Part shown: one piece after another, positions 21,357-30,940 of the stretch | How the letters are laid out: every line of letters begins with the position of its first letter | Numbering within the stretch: position 1 is the first letter of the stretch | Translations under genes and position numbers: made by a program | NCBI GenBank assembly: GCA_963711105.1 | Contig: CAVQCV010000005.1 | Span: 1,025,092-1,089,091, forward strand | Direction of reading: 5' to 3' | From: an uncultured Chloroflexia bacterium | GTDB taxonomy: Bacteria; Chloroflexota; Limnocylindria; Limnocylindrales; CSP1-4 | Length of the DNA: 64,000 nt | Notes under the pieces: model-generated | What the model saw: the letters and a program-made list of their open reading frames with translations, nothing else | Databases searched by the model: none | Told to the model about the DNA's origin: nothing

Positions 21357-22421
21357 TCAGGCTTCCTCGCGCTCGACTTCCTCCCGGCTGGCCGGCTCCG
21401 ACCCCATCGGAACAGCCCCGACCTTCGGTACGAACGAAGCCGACAGCGAGGTCTCGGCCGCGCGTACCTGCTCCTCGTAGCTCAGGATTTCGAGGCGCCC
21501 GAGCGTGGCGAGTTCGTCTCGGATGTACGTCCGGAGCATCTCGGGGCCGTCCGTGCTGATCGCGTAGCGCACGTCATTGCGGCGGAACTGCTCGAAGATC
21601 CAGCGGAATTCTTCCCAACCGGAGACGACCTCGGTCTGGAGGTTCGAAGTCGGGCAGATTTCGAGCACGGTCCCCCGCTCGCGCAGCATGCCCATCGTCC
21701 GCGGATCGTAGGCCGACTTGACTCCGTGGCCGATCCGGTCCGGCTCGAGCTGCTCGATTACCTCGGCGACCTCTTCGACCGGGCCGGATTCGCCGACGTG
21801 GACCGTGATGCCCAGGCCGAACTTGCGGGCGCGCTGGAACAAATCGCGATAGTCCGAGACGACGAATCCGGCCGACTCGGGCCCGGCGATGTCGATGCCA
21901 ACGATGCCCCGGTCGTGCCAGGCGATCGCCTTCTCGGCGATGATCTCGTTCATCTCATAAGGGAAGGCGCGGTCCAGGCAGAAGATCAGCCCCGGCCGGA
22001 TCGGGTATTCCAGCGTGGCCCGATCCATGCCTCGCAGCGCCGCGGCGATGATGTGGTCCAGATCCTGCTCGCCGCCCCGGTTGCGCTTCATCGGGTTGAA
22101 ACGCAACTCCGTGGTCGTGACGTTGTTCTTGCGGTAGGCACCGCAAACAACCTCGTAGACGCTCCGCTCCATGGCCAGTGGGGACGACTGGATCAGCTCG
22201 GTCCAGTGGAACAGCGCCAGGTACTCGTCGAACGAGTGGCCGCGCGAAGGCGAGGCGGTGATGATGTCTCGGAACTCCCAGTAATCCTTTGTCGGCAACT
22301 TGATGCCCTGGGAGTGGGCGATGCCCCACATGATCGCTGGCGTGACCGCGCCGCCGAGGTGGCAATGCAGCTCGGCCAGCGGCATTCGGGGCGGCAGATG
22401 ACGGGCCATCCGCCAGAGCAT
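21357..22421 (-). CDS. add: Adenosine/adenine deaminase family protein
   Basis: Metal-binding motifs LHCHLGG, HVGESG, ICPTSN, STDGP. The ORF-track N-terminal extension (GVGVGV...) is the antisense of the Pro/Thr linker of the next gene and is discarded. Confidence 0.8.
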   Translation of the reverse strand: MLWRMARHLPPRMPLAELHCHLGGAVTPAIMWGIAHSQGIKLPTKDYWEFRDIITASPSRGHSFDEYLALFHWTELIQSSPLAMERSVYEVVCGAYRKNNVTTTELRFNPMKRNRGGEQDLDHIIAAALRGMDRATLEYPIRPGLIFCLDRAFPYEMNEIIAEKAIAWHDRGIVGIDIAGPESAGFVVSDYRDLFQRARKFGLGITVHVGESGPVEEVAEVIEQLEPDRIGHGVKSAYDPRTMGMLRERGTVLEICPTSNLQTEVVSGWEEFRWIFEQFRRNDVRYAISTDGPEMLRTYIRDELATLGRLEILSYEEQVRAAETSLSASFVPKVGAVPMGSEPASREEVEREEA

Positions 22422-22575
22422 AGCCCCTCGGATGGAACCTGCCTTCCGAACCGCCGGCCCTACCGGGCAGCGTTCCTTGCGAACCCTCGCAAGCCCCGCT
22501 ACGCTGCGCTGACGAAAGCGCTGCGCATGCCCCGACGGAGGGCCGGCGCCGCCTCCCACAAGCCAGGGGGTATAG

Positions 22576-23529
22576 ATGAACTCGCCCAGGATCCGCGCCG
22601 CAACACTGGTCGCGGTCCTTGCTATCGTCGCCACGGCGTGCGGCGAAGCCACGCCGACGCCCGCGCCAACTCCGGTCCCCACGACCAGCCCCACGCCGTC
22701 CCCCTCACCGGCGCCGACGCCGACGCCCACACCAACGCCCACACCCACGCCCCCGCCGGTAGCCCCGGACGAGTTGTCCAGCCCGGGCCGGCTGTGGATC
22801 TGCACCGACCCGACAACTCCGCCTCAAACGTACCTCGACCCGAACGGGGAGATCATCGGATCGGACGTCGAGATCGGGTCCGAGATCGCCCGCCACCTGG
22901 GCTTGTATCCGATCATCCAGCCGACGGCCGCCAAGCTGCAGGGCACGTACCTGACCAAGGGCAACTGCGACATCATCATCTCGGCCACGACGATCTCCGC
23001 GGCGACGCTCAAGAGCTACGACATGGTGCCCTATTTCCAGTACGGCCAGGTCTTGCTCGTGCCCGCTGGCAATCCCAAGACCATCGCCGGGACCCTCGAC
23101 CTCTGCGGCAAGAAGGCAGGGGCGCGCAAGGGCAGCCTCGAGGCGGCCCACGTGTCCGGGCAATCGCCCTACAACTCGGCCCTGGGCCTGACGTCCAATT
23201 GCCAGGCATCTCATATGGGCGCCCTTACGGCCAAGACGTTCGCCAGCGACACGGCCGGGCTGGACGCCCTCAAGGCCGGTTCGATCGACGCCTACTTGAT
23301 AACCTCGACGGCGGCTGCCTACGAGATGGCGCAGCGCCCGGATACGTTCGCGACCGTGCCGGGCATCTTCCTGGACCCGACCAGGCAGGGCATCATCGTC
23401 CGCAAGTCCTCGCCCGGACTTGAGAGCGCCGTCAAGAGCGCGTTGCGGATGATGATGCTCGACGGCAGCTACCACGCCATCCTGACGAAGTACGGCATCG
23501 AGTCCGGGGCCGTCGAGGCCACCCGTTAG
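22576..23529 (+). CDS. Polar amino-acid ABC transporter substrate-binding lipoprotein (family 3 SBP), copy 1
   Basis: Lipobox LAIVATAC, PT-rich linker, PBPb fold. Confidence 0.85.
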   Translation: MNSPRIRAATLVAVLAIVATACGEATPTPAPTPVPTTSPTPSPSPAPTPTPTPTPTPTPPPVAPDELSSPGRLWICTDPTTPPQTYLDPNGEIIGSDVEIGSEIARHLGLYPIIQPTAAKLQGTYLTKGNCDIIISATTISAATLKSYDMVPYFQYGQVLLVPAGNPKTIAGTLDLCGKKAGARKGSLEAAHVSGQSPYNSALGLTSNCQASHMGALTAKTFASDTAGLDALKAGSIDAYLITSTAAAYEMAQRPDTFATVPGIFLDPTRQGIIVRKSSPGLESAVKSALRMMMLDGSYHAILTKYGIESGAVEATR

Positions 23530-23802
23530 CCCAGAGCGGCGACCACGGCCGGGCTCGGCCGCGGGCCCAGGGCCCAGGCCGGACCCCTCGATATGACCCT
23601 GTTCGGCCTGGCACTGTTCGACGGCCCGGCGCTGTGCCTCCGGGGTCGGTATGGCTGCGCGAGCGTTGCCTTCGGGTACGGCGGGGCCGGCGATCCTTGC
23701 GCCGTCAAGCCACGACAGGGTACTCTGCGCCCCAGCACCAATGTGGCCGCCTAGGGTGGAAGGCTCCTGGCCACAGGGTCCCTGGAGGAATGGAGGAAAC
23801 CC

Positions 23803-24741
23803 ATGATTTCGCCCAAGTTCCGGCTTGCCGGCATCGTCGCGATCGCGGCGATCGTCGTCGGCGCCTGCAGCTCCGCTGCCACGCCGAGCCCTGCCCCAAC
23901 TGCCGCCCCGACGGCCATGGCGAGCGAGGGCCCCACGGCCCTCGCGGTGGCCACCGTTCCGGCCGACCAGCTGATCGCCGCCGGTACCCTGACGGTCTGC
24001 TCCGACACGAGCTATCCGCCGCAGGAGACCCTCGACTCCAGCAACGTCGCCGTCGGCTCGGACATCGATATCGCCGCTGAGATCGCCAAGCGCCTTGGCC
24101 TGAAGCTTGTGATCAAGTCCACGGTCTTCGACACCATCATTCCGGCCCTACAGGGCGGCAGCTGCGACATCATCATCTCGGCCCAGACGATCACCGACGA
24201 GCGCAAGCAGGTCGTCGACATGGTCCCCTACTTCGCTGCCGGTCAGTCGTTCGTCGTTCTCAAGGGCAATCCGGACAACATCAACGCAGTCACCGATCTC
24301 TGCGGCAAGGCCGTCGCCGCTGAGAAGGGCACCATCGAAGCCGACAACATCGCCGGCACCGGCTCAGGCTACGACGCCACGAACAGCCTCGACTCCCAGT
24401 GCAAGGCGGCCGGAAAGCCCGACATTACACTCCAGGTATTCGACGCAGACACGAATGCCCTGGCGGCGCTCCAGGCCGGAACCGTTGTGGCCCACTTCAC
24501 CGACGAACCGGTGGCGGGCTATGAAGTCGTCAACAGCAGCGGCGCTTTCGAGATGGTCCCGTCCATGACGCTCGAGCGCGGCGCCGAAGGCATCAGCGTT
24601 CTGCCGACCAAGACCGGCCTCGAGGCTTCCGTCAAGGCAGCGCTCCTGGCCATGATGGGCGACGGCACCTACATGACCATTCTCAATAAGTGGGGCGTCG
24701 AGTCCGGCGCGGTTACCGCGGCCGACGTCAACGCCGGCTAG
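23803..24741 (+). CDS. Polar amino-acid ABC transporter substrate-binding lipoprotein, copy 2 (paralog)
   Basis: Lipobox VVGAC. Colinear similarity to copy 1 (…VPYFAAGQSFVV…). Confidence 0.85.
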   Translation: MISPKFRLAGIVAIAAIVVGACSSAATPSPAPTAAPTAMASEGPTALAVATVPADQLIAAGTLTVCSDTSYPPQETLDSSNVAVGSDIDIAAEIAKRLGLKLVIKSTVFDTIIPALQGGSCDIIISAQTITDERKQVVDMVPYFAAGQSFVVLKGNPDNINAVTDLCGKAVAAEKGTIEADNIAGTGSGYDATNSLDSQCKAAGKPDITLQVFDADTNALAALQAGTVVAHFTDEPVAGYEVVNSSGAFEMVPSMTLERGAEGISVLPTKTGLEASVKAALLAMMGDGTYMTILNKWGVESGAVTAADVNAG

Positions 24742-24760
24742 CACGCTCTAGCCCGGTCCG

Positions 24761-25648
24761 ATGACCTCATCGATCGCGCATTCCGGCACCCGGCGAGCAA
24801 TGCTCGCCGGGTGCTTGGTACTCGTTGCCCTGGTCGTGTCCGGATGCTCGAGCAGCAAGGTAACGCTCAAGCCTGACCTCTTCTGGGGCATGATCTTCCA
24901 GCCCAGTCCGGCGGTGGTCAACGGGATCGGGCTGACGGTCGTCATCTCCGTCGCGGCCCAGTTCATCGGCGTGATCCTTGGCGTCTTCGCCGCGATCGGC
25001 AAGATGGCAAAGTTCTGGCCCTTCCGAACCATCGCCAACTTCTACATCTGGTTCTTCCGCGGAACACCCCTGCTCGTCCAGCTCATGTTCTTCTTCTACG
25101 GCCTCCCGGCCGCGGGTGTCTTCCAGTGGCCGATCATCTCGATCGGCCCGGTGCACATTCTGCGCGAGGTCTTCGCGGGAATCGTCATCCTCGGCATCAA
25201 CGAGGGCGCCTACATGGCGGAGATCGTTCGGGCCGGCATCCTCTCTGTCGACCCCGGCCAAACTGAAGCGGCCAAGTCGCTCGGCATGACGTATCGGCTG
25301 ACAATGTCCCGGATCGTGCTTCCGCAGGCCGCGAGGGTGATCATCCCGCCGCTCGGGAACGAGTTCAACAACATGCTCAAGACAACCTCCCTGCTCACCG
25401 TCGTCAGCGTCTACGAGCTCTACAACACGACCTCGGTCGCGGCCGGCCACAACTACCGCTACTTCGAGCTCTTCGGAGCGGCCGCGGTCTGGTATCTGCT
25501 CATGACCACCGTGTGGGGCATCATCCAGAGCCGGATCGAGCGCAGGCTTGGCCGGGGCTCCGCCAGCCAGGGCACCGGCCCCGTCGGGCCACGTAGTGAA
25601 GGCCTCGCCTCTCGACTCATGGCGTTACGGGCGCCGATAGAACAATGA
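24761..25648 (+). CDS. Amino-acid ABC transporter permease
   Basis: EAA loop ([22 protein letters not shown]), multiple TM helices. Confidence 0.85.
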   Translation: MTSSIAHSGTRRAMLAGCLVLVALVVSGCSSSKVTLKPDLFWGMIFQPSPAVVNGIGLTVVISVAAQFIGVILGVFAAIGKMAKFWPFRTIANFYIWFFRGTPLLVQLMFFFYGLPAAGVFQWPIISIGPVHILREVFAGIVILGINEGAYMAEIVRAGILSVDPGQTEAAKSLGMTYRLTMSRIVLPQAARVIIPPLGNEFNNMLKTTSLLTVVSVYELYNTTSVAAGHNYRYFELFGAAAVWYLLMTTVWGIIQSRIERRLGRGSASQGTGPVGPRSEGLASRLMALRAPIEQ

Positions 25649-26472
25649 CAGTCCAGATCTCCGGAGACCTTCTCGGCGCCATCGGCGGCGTCCCTCGTCC
25701 CGAAGCCGACGTCGTCGTCGACGCTCGCGGCGTCAACAAGTGGTTCGGCCGGCTGCACGTCCTCAAGGACGTTTCGCTCGAGGTCAAGCGCCAGGAGACG
25801 GTCGTAATCATCGGGCCGTCGGGCTCGGGCAAGACCACTTTCATCCGCTGCATGAACCACCTCGAGAAGATTCAGAGCGGCCGAATCTTCGTCAACGGCC
25901 ACCTGATCGGTTATCGCGAGGCGGCCGGCGGCACGAAGCTGGTCGAAGACAGGGAGAGGAACATCGCCCACCAGCGCCAGGAGATCGGGATGGTCTTCCA
26001 GCGCTTCAATCTCTTCCCCCACATGACCGCGCTGGAGAACATCGTCGAGGCGCCGATCCACGTGCGCGGTACCTCCCGCGACGAGGCTGAGGCAATGGGA
26101 CGCGCTCTGCTCGAGCGAGTGGGGCTCGTGGCGAAAGCCAACTCCTACCCCGCGCAGCTCTCCGGTGGCCAGCAGCAGCGCATCGCGATCGCCCGGGCGC
26201 TGGCCATGAAGCCGGCCCTGATGCTGTTCGACGAACCGACGTCCGCGCTGGATCCCGAGATGATCGGCGAGGTGCTGGAGGTCATGAAGGAGCTGGCCCG
26301 CGAAGGCATGACCATGATCGTGGTCAGCCACGAGATGGGCTTCGCCCGCGAAGTGGCCAACCGCGTCGTGATGATGGACGAGGGCGTCGTCGTCGAAGAA
26401 GGCACTCCGGATCAGGTGTTCTCCCACCCCGCGCAGGAGCGCACGAAGGCGTTCCTCTCGAAGATCCTGTAG
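25645..26472 (+). CDS. Amino-acid ABC transporter ATP-binding protein
   Basis: Walker [10 protein letters not shown], signature LSGGQQQR, Walker [12 protein letters not shown]. 4-bp overlap with the permease. Confidence 0.9.
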   Translation: MTVQISGDLLGAIGGVPRPEADVVVDARGVNKWFGRLHVLKDVSLEVKRQETVVIIGPSGSGKTTFIRCMNHLEKIQSGRIFVNGHLIGYREAAGGTKLVEDRERNIAHQRQEIGMVFQRFNLFPHMTALENIVEAPIHVRGTSRDEAEAMGRALLERVGLVAKANSYPAQLSGGQQQRIAIARALAMKPALMLFDEPTSALDPEMIGEVLEVMKELAREGMTMIVVSHEMGFAREVANRVVMMDEGVVVEEGTPDQVFSHPAQERTKAFLSKIL

Positions 26473-26477
26473 CCGCC

Positions 26478-27047
26478 CCGGGGCCGGCGGCGCCACGCTT
26501 TGGCGAGGGGCGGCGGCCACGCTTTGGCGAGGGGCGGCGGCCACGCTTTGGCGAGGGGCGGCGCCACGCTTTGGCGAGGGGCGGCGCCACGCTTTGGCGA
26601 GGGGCGGCGCCACGCTTTGGCGAGGGGCGGCGCCACGCTTTGGCGAGGGGCGGCGCCACGCTTTGGCGAGGGGCGGCGCCACGCTTTGGCGAGGGGCGGC
26701 GCCACGCTTTGGCGAGGGGCGGCGCCACGCTTTGGCGAGGGGCGGCGCCACGCTTTGGCGAGGGGCGGCGCCACGCTTTGGCGAGGGGCGGCGCCACGCT
26801 TTGGCGAGGGGCGGCGGCCACGCTTTGGCGAGGGGCGGCGCCACGCTTTGGCGAGGGGCGGCGCCACGCTTTGGCGAGGGGCGGCGCCACGCTTTGGCGA
26901 GGGGCGGCGCCACGCTTTGGCGAGGGGCGGCGGCCACGCTTTGGCGAGGGGCGGCGCCACGCTTTGGCGAGGGGCGGCGCCACGCTTTGGCGAGGGGCGG
27001 CGGCCACGCTTTGGCGAGGGGCGGCGGCCACGCTTTGGCGAGGGGCG
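26478..27047. repeat. Tandem repeat array, about 24 copies of a 23/24-bp unit (CACGCTTTGGCGAGGGGCGGCG[G]C)
   Basis: Counted directly from sequence. Head-to-tail copies with only one variable position (one or two G). No unique spacers. Open in several frames only because the unit lacks stop codons. Confidence 0.9.
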
Positions 27048-27112
27048 GCCCGCCCACTCGAAACCAACTCTCGGCGTCCGAGCTGACTTGCTCAACGTCA
27101 ACCGTGGCGACC

Positions 27113-27925
27113 CTAACCAGGCCCCGGGAGATCGGTGGCACCCCCATCCCGGCGAGATGGGCTTCCTGAGGCGTCGCCTGAGCGTGAGCTGGGCCGATCC
27201 AGGTCATGTCGGGTGGCTCTGACTCTCAATGCGCCCCCTGAACGTTGCCCAGCGTTACCGGGGTTGACATCGGACAGGAACCACAGTCCCCGGATGTCGC
27301 CCCGAGGAGCGCGGATCCATTTGCGCACCTCCAGCGATCCGGCTGGGTACGCGGCACGTACGACGGGACCGAATTCCTCGACGGTGTGTCTCGCCTGGCT
27401 CTCTCCGGGCATCGCCAGCACGGTCCCGACCAGAAGCGGCTGCCATCCAAGCTCACGAGCCAGCCGGGGCGCCAGCCTGCGCTTTCGATCGAGTGTCGAC
27501 AGCGTGTCCTGCAGATCTAAGATGACCGGCTTGGCCTCCACCACCAGCAGAGCGCGAGTTGCGGCGTGCCAGCCCATCGCGTCGAGCGCGCCGTTCTCGC
27601 CGAAGATCGCAAATGTCAGTTCAGGGCGTACTTCCCAGCTCGCGGCCGTGAGCCTCTGAACAATCGCCCTGACGAGGGCCGCGTGCCTGGCGTCGAGCAG
27701 CCTCGCAATCTCCCCGCCGCGCCATCGCGGGCTGAACGGAACAGAAACCCCGAGAGCCGCGCCGACGTGCCTGATCGAACGCAGCGACATCTGTTCCAGG
27801 TGGCCGCTCTCGATCATCGAGACCATCGCCCGGCTGACTCCCGCCGCAGCCGCCACATCGGCCTGACGCAAGCGGCGCCGAAGGCGCACGGCGCGCATGA
27901 CGGCACCGACCCGGACATCGTCCAT
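27113..27925 (-). CDS. XRE-family HTH transcriptional regulator
   Basis: N-terminal HTH (LRQADVAAAAGVSRAMVSMIESG). Stop lies just downstream of the tandem-repeat array. Confidence 0.65.
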   Translation of the reverse strand: MDDVRVGAVMRAVRLRRRLRQADVAAAAGVSRAMVSMIESGHLEQMSLRSIRHVGAALGVSVPFSPRWRGGEIARLLDARHAALVRAIVQRLTAASWEVRPELTFAIFGENGALDAMGWHAATRALLVVEAKPVILDLQDTLSTLDRKRRLAPRLARELGWQPLLVGTVLAMPGESQARHTVEEFGPVVRAAYPAGSLEVRKWIRAPRGDIRGLWFLSDVNPGNAGQRSGGALRVRATRHDLDRPSSRSGDASGSPSRRDGGATDLPGPG

Positions 27926-27990
27926 GGCCCGAGCATAGGCCGCCAGGATCTACGCAGGCTTATCGGACTCCGAGCGGCATGGGCCGGACG

Positions 27991-29109
27991 TCAGTCTCGG
28001 CGGTAGACGACCCGCCCCTGGGCGTCGATCGCGGGCTGCGGCCTGGACGGAACGACCGCGCCGCCACTCCCCGCGCCCGTTCCCGCGCCACTCCCCGCCA
28101 GCCGGGCGGCACGCAGCCCCTCCGCGTCCGGGACCTGGTCGCGGGCGTGGTAGCTCGAACGGACCAGCGGCCCCGATTCCACGTGCTTGAAGCCCAGGGC
28201 GAGCGCCTCCTCGCGCATCTCGGTGAATTCGTCGGGGTGGTAGTAGCGCTCGACGGCGAGATGCTCCGCCGAGGGCCGCAGGTACTGGCCGAGGGTCAGG
28301 ATGTCGCAGTCCACAGCGCGCAGGTCCACAAAAGCTCGGTGCAGCTCGGCCCGGGTCTCGCCCAAACCGACCATGATCGACGACTTCGTGTGAACCGCTG
28401 CCGGCCGCCCGTCCACCCCTGCTCCCAGCTCCTTGAAGTAGCGCTTGGCCCGGGCCAGCACGTCGAGCGACCGATCGTAGCGCGCTCGCTTCCGGACCGG
28501 CTTCTGCAGCCGTTCGACCGTTTCGACGTTGTGGTTGAGGATGTCCGGCCCGGCCGCCATGACCGCCCGCAGCGGCGCTTCGTCGCCGTTGAAGTCCGGT
28601 ATCAGGACCTCGACGCCCATGCCCGGGCAGGCCGCCCGCAGCCGCCGGATCGTGTCGGCGAACACGCTCGCTCCGCCGTCCGCCAGATCGTCGCGGGCGA
28701 CGCTCGTGACCACGACATGTTCGAGCCCCAGCCCGCTGATCGCCTCGGCCACGCGGCGAGGCTCGTCCAGGTCGTGGATGGTTGGTTTCCCCGTCTTAAC
28801 AGCGCAGAACCCGCACGCTCTTGTGCAGGTATCGCCGAGGATCATGACCGTGGCGGTGCGCATGTCCCAGCACTCGCCCATGTTCGGGCAGTGGGCCTCT
28901 TCGCAGACCGTGTGCAGAGCCAGACCGTGGAGCCGCCGTCGCAGCTCCTGGTACGTCTCGCCCGAGGGGATCCGGGCCTTGATCCATTCGGGGTGTCGCC
29001 GCAACGCGGTCGATCCGTCCACGGCGGCCGCGTCGAACCCTCCTCCGCCCATGGCGATGGTAGGCGGCAGAAGTCGGCCGGACGGCTGGAGTTCGGGCGT
29101 GTCGGACAT
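27991..29109 (-). CDS. lipA: Lipoyl synthase
   Basis: Radical-SAM Cys motifs CPNMGECW and CTRACGFC. Confidence 0.9.
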   Translation of the reverse strand: MSDTPELQPSGRLLPPTIAMGGGGFDAAAVDGSTALRRHPEWIKARIPSGETYQELRRRLHGLALHTVCEEAHCPNMGECWDMRTATVMILGDTCTRACGFCAVKTGKPTIHDLDEPRRVAEAISGLGLEHVVVTSVARDDLADGGASVFADTIRRLRAACPGMGVEVLIPDFNGDEAPLRAVMAAGPDILNHNVETVERLQKPVRKRARYDRSLDVLARAKRYFKELGAGVDGRPAAVHTKSSIMVGLGETRAELHRAFVDLRAVDCDILTLGQYLRPSAEHLAVERYYHPDEFTEMREEALALGFKHVESGPLVRSSYHARDQVPDAEGLRAARLAGSGAGTGAGSGGAVVPSRPQPAIDAQGRVVYRRD

Positions 29110-29130
29110 GGGAAGTCTCGAGTTCTGGGT

Positions 29131-30552
29131 CTAGTAGATCGGTGTGTCGGGGCCCATCGATTCGAGCCGGCAGATTACGTCGCGGACGAACCGCCCGACC
29201 TGTGCCCCATCCGTCGCCCGATGGTCGTAGCCGGCGACGAGGTTCATCATCGAGCGGACGGCGATGACGTCTCCTTCGGGCGTCTCGCGCACGACGGGCC
29301 GCTTGACGACGGCTTCGGTGGTCAGGATCACGACCTCCGGCGGGTTGATGATCGGCACGGTCAGGATTGATCCGAACCAGCCGGTGTTGTCGACGGTGAA
29401 GGTCCCGCCCTGGAGGTCCTCGAGGCGCAGCTTGTTCGCCCGGGCTCGGCCGGCCAGGTCCTGGATGGCCCGGTTCAGGCCGTTGATCGAGAGCTGGTCG
29501 GCGTCGTGGATGACGGGCACGATCAACCCGTTATCAACCGCGATGGCGATGCCGATGTTGACGCGGCGCTTTCGCAGCAGACCGCCTTCGGTGTAGTGGG
29601 CGTTGAGGTCCGGGTGCTCGTGGAGCGACTCGACGACGGCCTTCACAATGAACGGCAAGAAGCTCAGGCTCACGCCTTCGCGCGCCTTGTACGAGCCCCC
29701 AACGGAGGCTCGAACGTTGACGACAGTGGTCATGTCGGCTTCGAACGTGCTGTGGGCGACGGGGATCGTCGAGGCACGGGTCATCTGGGCGGCGATGCCG
29801 CGGCGCATCTGGGTGTGCGGGATCAGGACCTCGTCCTGGCCGGCTTCCCAGGTGACCGCCGGTTGGGACGGCGAAGTCGAAGGGACGGACTGTGCCAGGC
29901 CGGGCGCGTGACTCGGGACTCCGAGCAAGGGTGCCGCCATTTGGGCGCCAGAGACCGCCGCCTGACCGGCGGCCGCGACGGCTCCCCCACCCCGGGCACG
30001 CTCGACGGCGGCGATGACGTCTTCTCGGGTGATACGTCCGGCGTGTCCGCTGCCCACGACCTGTTCCGGCGAGAGTCCATGCTCGCGCAGCATCCGGCGG
30101 ACGGCCGGAGTCATGCGCGCGTCGGCGTCGCCGACGGCGGGGAGTGGCCCGGGGAGTGGCGCCGTCGCCGGGCGAGCCGGCTCGGCCATCACGGGCACGA
30201 GCGGCGCCGCCGTGGCGGGCGCGGCGGGCGTGGCGGGCGCGGGTGGAGTGCCGCCGGCCGAAGCCGCGGGAGCCGCCGCCTTCGCGGCGGCCGTGCCCGC
30301 CCCACGACCCGTGGCCCCTTCCGCCTCCTCGATCTCGGCGATCTCGACGTTGTATGCGACCGTCTGCCCCTCTTCGACCAGGATCGCGCGCAACACGCCC
30401 GCAAACGGAGAGGGAACCTCGGCGTTGACCTTGTCGGTGATGACTTCCAGGAGCGGCTCGTCCTTGGCGACGCTGTCGCCGGGCTTCTTGAGCCACTTCC
30501 CGATCGTGCCTTCAGCCACGCTCTCTCCGAGCTGCGGCATGGTCACCTTTGC
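29131..30552 (-). CDS. dlaT: Dihydrolipoamide acyltransferase, E2 component of a 2-oxoacid dehydrogenase complex
   Basis: GTG start with GGAGG upstream (MAKVTMPQLGESV...). Lipoyl domain (ITDKV), E3-binding domain, catalytic DHRATDG motif. The long upstream ORF extension is discarded. Confidence 0.9.
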   Translation of the reverse strand, partial: AKVTMPQLGESVAEGTIGKWLKKPGDSVAKDEPLLEVITDKVNAEVPSPFAGVLRAILVEEGQTVAYNVEIAEIEEAEGATGRGAGTAAAKAAAPAASAGGTPPAPATPAAPATAAPLVPVMAEPARPATAPLPGPLPAVGDADARMTPAVRRMLREHGLSPEQVVGSGHAGRITREDVIAAVERARGGGAVAAAGQAAVSGAQMAAPLLGVPSHAPGLAQSVPSTSPSQPAVTWEAGQDEVLIPHTQMRRGIAAQMTRASTIPVAHSTFEADMTTVVNVRASVGGSYKAREGVSLSFLPFIVKAVVESLHEHPDLNAHYTEGGLLRKRRVNIGIAIAVDNGLIVPVIHDADQLSINGLNRAIQDLAGRARANKLRLEDLQGGTFTVDNTGWFGSILTVPIINPPEVVILTTEAVVKRPVVRETPEGDVIAVRSMMNLVAGYDHRATDGAQVGRFVRDVICRLESMGPDTPIY

Positions 30553-30940
30553 CACGTCGATAGATCCTCCGGGAGCTGCGCGCCCGATCCTTCTGGGGCG
30601 TGGCGTTAGTGTGGCGCATCCGGCGCCCTTTGGTCCTCGTGGATCGCGGCCCGGTTCTGCAGAGCGCTCCGCCGTACCTCGACACTCCGCCGCCGGGGGC
30701 GGCCTGCCACTTGCGCTCGCCACGCGGACCGGACAAGGTCCCGCGCGCCGGTTTCGAGGCTGGAGAGCCATTATTGGAGACAAAGATGCGGCCACCGCGC
30801 CTCGGGCGCCCCACCATTGCCGGCCGCACGGGGCGCCGGGACGAAGGCGGATCGAACTCGCCGGCCCGGCAGCCCCGCCGATCGTGTGTCGCCAGCCAGG
30901 TGCTGCGGCTGGAGACCACGGATGAAAGGAAGTAATCGCT

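Noticed and set aside
21357-22805. Long N-terminal extension (GVGVGVGV...) of adenosine deaminase
   Set aside because: The extension is the reverse complement of the Pro/Thr linker of the + strand SBP gene. The start was moved to an internal Met before the LHCHLGG metal site.
26478-27047. Possible CRISPR array
   Set aside because: Units are contiguous with no unique spacers between them (period 23-24 bp), and there are no cas genes nearby. It is a simple tandem repeat.
25459-27207. 582-aa minus-strand ORF with repetitive PPLAKAWRRPSPKRGAAPRQSVA peptide
   Set aside because: It is antisense to the well-supported ABC ATPase gene. Its only signal is the stop-free tandem repeat, and the mixed 23/24-bp phase is inconsistent with a conserved reading frame.
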